Shown piece by piece: positions 22,201 to 23,216 of a DNA stretch of 23,216 nt. Under the pieces are notes generated by a model. The model did no database searches. It was not told where the DNA came from and was given only the letters and a program-made list of their open reading frames with translations. A program made the position numbers and the translations under genes. Numbering within the stretch: the stretch's first letter is position 1; each line of letters opens with the position of its first letter. The stretch is taken from contig JBHGNT010000484.1 in the NCBI GenBank assembly GCA_043228905.1, positions 1 to 23,216 on the forward strand, written 5' to 3'. The stretch comes from Azolla caroliniana (taxonomy: Eukaryota > Plantae > Polypodiophyta).

Positions 22201-23216
22201 GTTCAGGGAGGTACCCATCATCCCATGCCTCATTTAGTCCAGCAACCAGGTCAACCTTAATTATTTCCCAAAATTTTTCATAAAAATCTTTTGATAATCC
22301 ATCGTCTCCTGGACAAGACGTTCTACATATACTTGCCAGAGCATCTGACACCTCCTCTTCCAAGAGTGGCCCTGACAACTTAACTTGTGCAACCTCTGAA
22401 ATTCTTGGTTGCATTCCCTCCAATACAAATTCTGCCAGTGAGGGCTGGTCTGGGAGACTATAATTATTTGATAGTAGCCCATTATAGTGAGATGTGACTG
22501 CCTCCATGATCTCTGATACATCTTCTGACAATGAACCATCCTCCTTGATCAATTTAGGAATGAAGTTACCAATTGTGCACGGTTTTTTAAACTTAAAAAA
22601 TTCTTGGTTCACCTTGTCCCCATTCCTACTCCACCAAGCTGCTGAACTCCTGAATACCATCTTATTTCTTGACACAATCAGCCGCTGTAGTGTTTCTTTG
22701 GCAGCCTCCAAACCTGATCTTGACCAAAGACACTTGGGATTTTTCTGGAGCATTCTTTGGGCAGCCGCTATCGATCTTCTTAGTCTCACCTCTCTTTCCT
22801 TAGATCTCTCCAATCTATTTTTAGTCTCTTCATGCAAATACTTTGAAGTTTCAATAATCTTTCCTTGAAGATTATCCAAAGCACCACAACCAACTAGATT
22901 ATTTTCCCATATACTCCTTATCTTACTTCTCACCTCCACATCCTCAAAAAGCTTATTACTAATCCTTAAGTTGCAGTCCCTTTTGTTCAGCCTCTGAGTG
23001 ACCAACGTAATCGAAACCGGCATGTGATCAGAGTAAGCTGAACCTGCGATGATTTCAACATTGCTGCCATATTTTTCCAGTTCCGAGCTTATGTATATTC
23101 TGTCTATGCGAGACATACAATAGCCATTTATATTACAGCCTGCTCTTGAGAAGCGTAATGAGCTCCGAGGCTTTTTTAGTACATACCAAGCATCTTTCAC
23201 TCCCATTCTGCCCATC
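19248..23216 (-). mobile_element. L1 LINE of a third family (copy C), minus strand; 5' part beyond the window
   Basis: ORF2 on the minus strand, 3' UTR about 19270-19459 and A-rich tail (T-runs at 19248-19268 on +). Confidence 0.95.
19460..23215 (-). pseudogene. LINE ORF2 (APE C-terminus, RT, zf-RVT) with two in-frame TAG stops
   Basis: SRIDRIY, YSDHMP, LDFEKAYDRV, VRQGCPLAP, YADD, KYLG, CKSC...HCFWNC, RWLFP. Both ORFs are in the same frame, separated by GIEI*KN*QLEQ (21383-21385, 21374-21376). Confidence 0.93.

Overview
Eukaryotic, transposon-dense genomic DNA from a land plant; the L1 style, CA/TACA satellites and a VPS13-like fragment suggest a seed-free plant such as a fern (inference). 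No intact host gene is present. In order: (1) 3' end of a decayed L1-clade LINE (copy A, 1-1664); (2) a compound CA/CATA micro-/minisatellite tract split by (3) a near full-length sister LINE (copy B, 1987-8249) with a 16-bp TSD, ORF1, a TGATG ORF1/ORF2 overlap and one frameshift in ORF2; (4) a complete but decayed Ty3/Gypsy LTR element (10250-15018) with short LTRs, 4-bp ATAT TSD, tRNA-Ala-like PBS and a -1 frameshift signal between gag and pol; (5) a 5'-truncated LINE of a second family (D); (6) an intronless two-domain retropepsin-like protease pseudogene abutting a VPS13-like fragment; (7) a minus-strand LINE of a third family (C) running off the window. The most notable points are a 3'-terminal motif shared by three divergent L1 families, apparent satellite targeting by the A/B family, and the atypical Gypsy architecture. 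All protein-family assignments are from motif recognition, not database searches.
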